DNA from: an uncultured Lachnospiraceae bacterium
Lineage (GTDB): Bacteria > Bacillota > Clostridia > Lachnospirales > Lachnospiraceae
NCBI GenBank assembly: GCA_946537305.1
Contig: CAMNFR010000002.1
Location: 48,564-112,563, forward strand
DNA: 64,000 nucleotides
Direction of reading: 5' to 3'
In this document: piece after piece, positions 59,626-64,000 of the stretch
Layout: every line of letters starts with the position of its first letter
How positions within the stretch are numbered: position 1 is the first letter of the stretch
Notes under the pieces: generated by a model
Seen by the model: only the letters and a program-made list of their open reading frames with translations
The model's database searches: none
Told to the model about the DNA's origin: nothing
Position numbers and translations under genes: made by a program

Positions 59626-61023
59626 ATGACGGAACGTGAACGGGAACGGGAACAGGAACTGCGGGAGGCGGTGATGAGCCGCCTGTCCCCGGTCCGTGAG
59701 ATGGAGGATGAGGAGATCCTGGCACAGATCGATGACGTGCTGCGGGAGAACGGGAGGAGAGACCGCCTTTCGGTCGAGAGCAAAAGCAGGCTCAGAAAGC
59801 ACCTGTTTGATTCTCTGCGCCGTCTTGATTTGCTGCAGGAGCTTTTGGAGGATGACAGTATTACCGAAATCATGGTGAACGGAAAAGACTGCATTTTCCT
59901 GGAACGGAACGGCCGTACGGAGCACTGGCCCGGCTCTTTTTCCGCGCAGGAACGCCTGGAGGACGTAATCCAGCAAATCGTCTCCCGGGTCAACCGCGTG
60001 GTCAATACGGCCTCCCCCATTGTGGACGCCCGACTGGCAGACGGATCACGCGTGAACGTGGTTCTGCCGCCGGTAGCCCCGGACGGCCCGATTCTGACCA
60101 TCCGAAAATTTCCCGCCGATCCAATTACCATGGAGCAGCTGATCGAATGGGGCAGCATCCCCCGGGAGGCTGCGGATTTTCTGGCGTGTCTGGTCCGCAC
60201 CGGCTATAACCTGTTTATTTCCGGCGGCACCGGCTCCGGGAAGACGACCTTCCTGAACGCATTGTCCGCTTATATACCCTCGAGTGAGCGTGTGATTACC
60301 ATTGAGGATTCCCTGGAACTGCAGATCCTTGGCATTCCGAACCTGGTCAGATTGGAGACCCGGAACGCCGGAGCCGAAGGAACAGGGGCCGTGACCATAC
60401 GGGATCTGATACGCACGGCGCTGCGGATGCGCCCGGATCGGATCATTGTCGGCGAGGTGCGCGGGGCGGAGGCGTTGGACATGCTACAGGCTTTCAATAC
60501 TGGGCATGATGGGAGTTTATCAACGGCTCACGCCAACAGCACCGCGGACCTGTTATCACGTCTGGAGACCATGGTATTGATGGCGGGAGAACTCCCGCTG
60601 GCTGCCATACGGCAGCAGATCGCATCCTCCGTAGAGATCCTGGTGCATCTTGGGAGGCTGCGCGGCGGCAGACGAAAGGTGCTGGAAATTGTGGAGGTGC
60701 TGGGGTATGAAGCAGGAGAGATCAGGCATCAGACACTTTTTCACTACGATGAGAACCGGGGCTGCCTCCGCGCGGACGGGCATCCCCTCCGCCGGATCCG
60801 CAAATGGGAGATGGCGGAGGGACCCGGAAGCGGAGCCCGATTACAGGCGATGCTTGCTGACACTTCCGCAGAGGATCCTGTTCATGATGGCAGGAGCGCT
60901 GCTGGCGGCGGGGATCGGAGCATTGTTCTACCGGAGCCGCCTGGCCATGCTGGCGTTCTCGCCCCTGATATGGATCATTCCGAGGCGAATGGAGACAGCG
61001 CTGGCACAGACGCGGCGGGATAA
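59626..61023 (+). CDS. cpaF: CpaF/TadA-family type II/IV secretion ATPase (Tad pilus); 3' end probably artefactually extended
   Basis: It has Walker A (LFISGGTGSGKTT), VITIEDSLEL, RPDRIIVGEVRG and TGHDGSLST. Homology-like sequence ends near ..GHPLRRIRKWEMAEG (~60820). The remaining ~65 codons are low-complexity and overlap the tadB frame. Confidence 0.85.
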   Translation: MTEREREREQELREAVMSRLSPVREMEDEEILAQIDDVLRENGRRDRLSVESKSRLRKHLFDSLRRLDLLQELLEDDSITEIMVNGKDCIFLERNGRTEHWPGSFSAQERLEDVIQQIVSRVNRVVNTASPIVDARLADGSRVNVVLPPVAPDGPILTIRKFPADPITMEQLIEWGSIPREAADFLACLVRTGYNLFISGGTGSGKTTFLNALSAYIPSSERVITIEDSLELQILGIPNLVRLETRNAGAEGTGAVTIRDLIRTALRMRPDRIIVGEVRGAEALDMLQAFNTGHDGSLSTAHANSTADLLSRLETMVLMAGELPLAAIRQQIASSVEILVHLGRLRGGRRKVLEIVEVLGYEAGEIRHQTLFHYDENRGCLRADGHPLRRIRKWEMAEGPGSGARLQAMLADTSAEDPVHDGRSAAGGGDRSIVLPEPPGHAGVLAPDMDHSEANGDSAGTDAAG

Positions 61024-61573
61024 GCTGGCCCTGCAGTTTCGGGACGGTATCCTGTCTGTGGCGGCAGCTCTTTCTGCCGGTTACGCCATAGATAACGCCT
61101 GGTGGGAGGCCGCCCGGGAGATGGCGGTGATCTACGGAGAGGACGGTGAGATCACCCGCGAATTTACCATGATCCGTCGAAAGATCCGTCGTAACATGAC
61201 CTCAGAAGAGGCGGTGGAGAGCTTGGCGGAGAGGAGCGGCATCCCGGAGATCCGGCAGTTTTCCGATGTTTACGCGGCGGCCCGCCGCACCAGTGGGAAC
61301 CTTGGGCCCATCCTGAAGGATACCGCGGAGCTTTTGAACCGAAAGCTTCAGGTGCGCGAAGAGATCCGCACACAGGCGGCAGCCAAGCGCATGGAACAGC
61401 GCATTATGACGGTCATGCCGGCAGCTATCCTGCTGTACGTGAACCTGGGAAATCCCGGCTTCACAGATCCGCTGTACCAGGGACTCGCAGGCCGTCTGAT
61501 CATGACCATCTGCCTGGCGGTCTACGCGGCAGCCATCCGGATGGGCGAACGGATCCTGGCGGTGGAGGTATGA
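60884..61573 (+). CDS. tadB: TadB-like type II secretion system F-family membrane protein (start uncertain)
   Basis: The frame contains PDYRRCLLTLPQRILFMMAGALLAAGIGALFYRS, a typical TadB N-terminus. The first in-frame ATG after that segment is 60884, so the conserved PDYRR segment lies upstream of any plausible start. Confidence 0.65.
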   Translation: MMAGALLAAGIGALFYRSRLAMLAFSPLIWIIPRRMETALAQTRRDKLALQFRDGILSVAAALSAGYAIDNAWWEAAREMAVIYGEDGEITREFTMIRRKIRRNMTSEEAVESLAERSGIPEIRQFSDVYAAARRTSGNLGPILKDTAELLNRKLQVREEIRTQAAAKRMEQRIMTVMPAAILLYVNLGNPGFTDPLYQGLAGRLIMTICLAVYAAAIRMGERILAVEV

Positions 61574-62925
61574 GAATGCGGAAAAAAGAGAAGAAGGCCT
61601 CTTATCCGCTGGGGGATCTGGCAAGGCGTCTGCGGCGGCGAATGGGCCAGCCCGAATATCCGGCTGCCCGGCTGGAGACACAGCAGATCCTGTATCCGGA
61701 GGAGGATGCACGGGAGGCGCTGTGCCGGGAGGATGAACAGCGTTTTCGTCGGGCTATTCTATGCGTGCTGGCGGGGATTGTACTGACGATGGCGGCAGCG
61801 CTGATGGTCGGAACGGATACCTTTACGGTGCTGACGCGCCCGGATTACGGACAAAACGCCCGTCAGGAACTGCTGGATGTGTCTCTGGGGGAAGAGGAAT
61901 ACCAGATTCCCCTGACCGTCGAGTCCCGGCGATACACGGAGGAAGAATGGGAACGCCTGAGAGAAGAGGTCTGGAAGCAGGCCGAAGAGAAGGCGTTGGG
62001 AGAAAACGACAGTTGGGAACACATCACCACAGATCTGGTGCTCACGGAGGACAGCGGTATTCCGGGTATCGATCTGATCTGGGAGAGTTCAGACCCGGAG
62101 GTGATCGACTACGATGGCATGTTGGGCAAGGAAGGTCTCCGGGAAGAGACGCCGGTGACGCTGACCGTTTACATACGCAGCGAGGAACGGGTCTGGGAAA
62201 AGTCTCTGACAGCGGTGGTGGACCCGCGGCCGCAGAACGAGACGGAGCGGAAACAGCAGATGCTTTCCGATCGTCTGCGGGAAGCCGCTTCCGACCGGGA
62301 ACAGGCCGAGATACGTCTCCCGCAGGAAAGCGGAGGACAGCAGATCCTGTATCACGGGGAAGATGATCTGCCGCCGGTCTTGTTTCTGCTGCTGGGCCTG
62401 CTGGCGGCGGGCGCATTGCTGTATCTGCCGATACAACAGAGGCAGGAAGCGCTGAAAAACCGGGAGCGGGAGCTGATGATCGCCTACCCGGAGCTGGTGA
62501 GTACCCTGACGGTGCTGATGGGCGCGGGCCTGACCGTTCGCGGCGCATTTGAGCGAATGGCGGTTTCCTACCGCAGACAGCGGGAGGCCGGGGCGCCGGT
62601 CATGACCGTCTATGAAGAGGTACTGCTTTGCGTGAATTCCCTGCGGCAGGGAGCTTTTGAGGAGCAGGTCTATGTAGAATTCGGAAGACGTTGCGCCTTG
62701 CAGCCCTACCTGCGGCTAGGAAGTCTGCTAGCCGCCAATCTGAGGAAAGGAAGCGGAGGCCTGCTGATCCTCCTTCGCGAAGAATCGGAAGCGGCTCTGT
62801 CCTCCAGACTTCGGCAGGCCAGAAAGAAAGGAGAGGAAATCTCCTCCAAGCTGCTTCTTCCCATGCTGATGCTGTTTGCCCTGGTGCTGGTACTGCTGAT
62901 GGCACCGGCCATGATGTCCTTTTGA
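61570..62925 (+). CDS. tadC: TadC-like type II secretion system F-family membrane protein with large N-terminal extension
   Basis: 451 aa. ATG 61570 overlaps the tadB stop (ATGA). The C-terminal YPELVSTLTVLMGAGLTVRGAFERM...LLLPMLMLFALVLVLLMAPAMM fits the T2SSF pattern. Confidence 0.75.
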   Translation: MRMRKKEKKASYPLGDLARRLRRRMGQPEYPAARLETQQILYPEEDAREALCREDEQRFRRAILCVLAGIVLTMAAALMVGTDTFTVLTRPDYGQNARQELLDVSLGEEEYQIPLTVESRRYTEEEWERLREEVWKQAEEKALGENDSWEHITTDLVLTEDSGIPGIDLIWESSDPEVIDYDGMLGKEGLREETPVTLTVYIRSEERVWEKSLTAVVDPRPQNETERKQQMLSDRLREAASDREQAEIRLPQESGGQQILYHGEDDLPPVLFLLLGLLAAGALLYLPIQQRQEALKNRERELMIAYPELVSTLTVLMGAGLTVRGAFERMAVSYRRQREAGAPVMTVYEEVLLCVNSLRQGAFEEQVYVEFGRRCALQPYLRLGSLLAANLRKGSGGLLILLREESEAALSSRLRQARKKGEEISSKLLLPMLMLFALVLVLLMAPAMMSF

Positions 62926-62943
62926 CAGGAGAGGAGAAGAAAG

Positions 62944-63198
62944 ATGCTGCATGCACAAGAAGAACTGTATATGATCCCGGAGACCTTCCCGGATAGATGT
63001 CTTCCGGCAGAATATGAAAATGAGAAAAAGGAAAAGTATTCCTTCTGGGGGGATGAACGAGGTGTCGGGACGGTGGAAATTATCCTGATTCTGGTGGTGC
63101 TGATCGCGCTGGTGATCATCTTTAAGACCCAGTTGACCAGTCTGGTTAATACCATTTTCAGTACCATTACCAGAAACGCGAATAATGTACTCAAGTAA
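62944..63198 (+). CDS. Flp-family type IVb pilin candidate
   Basis: 84 aa with an SD (ggagaggag). GDERGVGTVEIILILVVLIALVIIFK resembles an Flp prepilin G/xxxxE(I/Y) cleavage-site region plus a hydrophobic helix. The leader is long, so the start is uncertain. Confidence 0.6.
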   Translation: MLHAQEELYMIPETFPDRCLPAEYENEKKEKYSFWGDERGVGTVEIILILVVLIALVIIFKTQLTSLVNTIFSTITRNANNVLK

Positions 63199-64000
63199 AA
63201 TGCGCGGGAGCATGACCGTTTTCCTGGCCCTGACGCTTTCACTCTTTCTGGGCGTGACCGGGGTGCTGATGGATTATGCCCGGGCACAGATGCTTTCCTA
63301 CCAGGCGGAGGCGGCCGCTGCGGCCGCCGCGGAGTCCGTTTTTGCTGGATATTTTGCGCCGCTGTGGGGAGAGTACGAGCTCTTCGGCCGCCTGGTGCCG
63401 GAGGACAGCCTGGAAAAGCTTTCAGAGGAGACATGCACCTACGCAAAGGCCTGGGGCGGCGGCTCCCGGGGGACCTTTACGGCTTTCTCCCGGCTGGAGG
63501 CATCCTGGGACCAGGTAGTCTTTCTGACCGATGAAAACGGCGCCGTGTTCCGTGAACTGGCCACCCGTGCCATAGGGAGCGAGGCGGGTGAAATACTTCT
63601 TTCAGAATGGAAAGAACGCCTGGGGCTCTCTCGGGGGGATACTGCCGGGAAGCTTACGGAGGGCGCGGCCCGGGATGAGATCCGGCAGGATGATGTCCTT
63701 CCGAACTATGACGAAATGAAAGAAGCCTTGACAGAGGCGGAGAAGGAAGAGGAAGAAGCCAGAAAGGCCGCGGAAGAGGCCAGGAAAAAGGCGGAAGAAG
63801 CCAAGAAAAAGGCGGAAGAAGCCGGTGAAGAGCCGGCAGAGGAAACACCAGCTGAAGAAAGTACGGAGGAAATGCCGTCCGGGACAGCTGCAGCGGCGGG
63901 AGAGACAGAGACGCCGGTCCCGGTCGTACGGGATACAAGGACCCCGGAGGAAAAGGCGAAGGCCAGGAAATATCTGCAGCTGATCGATACCGTGCGGCGG
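63185..64000 (+). CDS. Tad-locus membrane-anchored protein, partial (TadE/pseudopilin-like N-terminus; runs off right edge)
   Basis: This is my own translation, because the ORF is open-ended and absent from the ORF track: (MYSSK)MRGSMTVFLALTLSLFLGVTGVLMDYARAQMLSYQAE... followed by the Glu/Lys-rich EEARKAAEEARKKAEEAKKKAEEAG. The start is 63185 or 63200. Confidence 0.55.
   Translation, partial: MYSSKMRGSMTVFLALTLSLFLGVTGVLMDYARAQMLSYQAEAAAAAAAESVFAGYFAPLWGEYELFGRLVPEDSLEKLSEETCTYAKAWGGGSRGTFTAFSRLEASWDQVVFLTDENGAVFRELATRAIGSEAGEILLSEWKERLGLSRGDTAGKLTEGAARDEIRQDDVLPNYDEMKEALTEAEKEEEEARKAAEEARKKAEEAKKKAEEAGEEPAEETPAEESTEEMPSGTAAAAGETETPVPVVRDTRTPEEKAKARKYLQLIDTVRR

Overview
This window looks like a chromosomal segment of a Clostridia-type Firmicute. 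That is an inference from gene content: CW_binding-type repeats, a Tad/Flp locus and VanY.

Layout, left to right:
- (i) 1-7344: a divergent LysR regulator followed by a catabolic/transport operon. It encodes an RraA-like protein, PxpB/PxpC/PxpA-family proteins, a DAACS symporter, a class-I aminotransferase and a D-2-hydroxyacid dehydrogenase.
- (ii) 7345-8918: a 1.6-kb ORF-poor mosaic of palindromic repeats.
- (iii) 8919-12442: an AEC transporter and a membrane/Rossmann/RyR-like protein, each followed by a terminator.
- (iv) 12570-51362: the stand-out feature, 19 (+3) tightly packed genes all on the + strand.
- (v) 51537-56381: a PfkB kinase, a second transglutaminase-like paralog, a convergent NodB deacetylase and an XRE-type membrane regulator.
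- (vi) 56400-57032: a second repeat mosaic. Part of it is an inverted copy and part a direct copy of the left mosaic.
- (vii) 57125-64000: a DUF1015-like gene, a VanY-type peptidase, a 34-bp perfect palindrome and a Tad/Flp pilus locus that runs off the right edge.

Content of the 12570-51362 cluster:
- two paralogous tubulin/FtsZ-superfamily proteins
- two vWA membrane proteins
- two paralogous zinc-ribbon GTPases
- a TIR-like(DUF4062)-STAND-beta-propeller NTPase
- a HerA/FtsK-like ATPase
- a 1646-aa hyper-acidic tandem-repeat protein carrying HExxH and HD motifs
- about ten proteins I cannot assign to any family
- tail genes: a Zn-ribbon/YARHG protein, a transglutaminase-like protein and a Cys-phosphatase-like protein

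I recognised no rRNA, tRNA, CRISPR array, transposase or integrase.

All calls come from reading the translations and the DNA by eye. Motif-level coordinates were hand-counted and may be off by a few nucleotides. Family assignments are motif-based and need HMM or structure confirmation.
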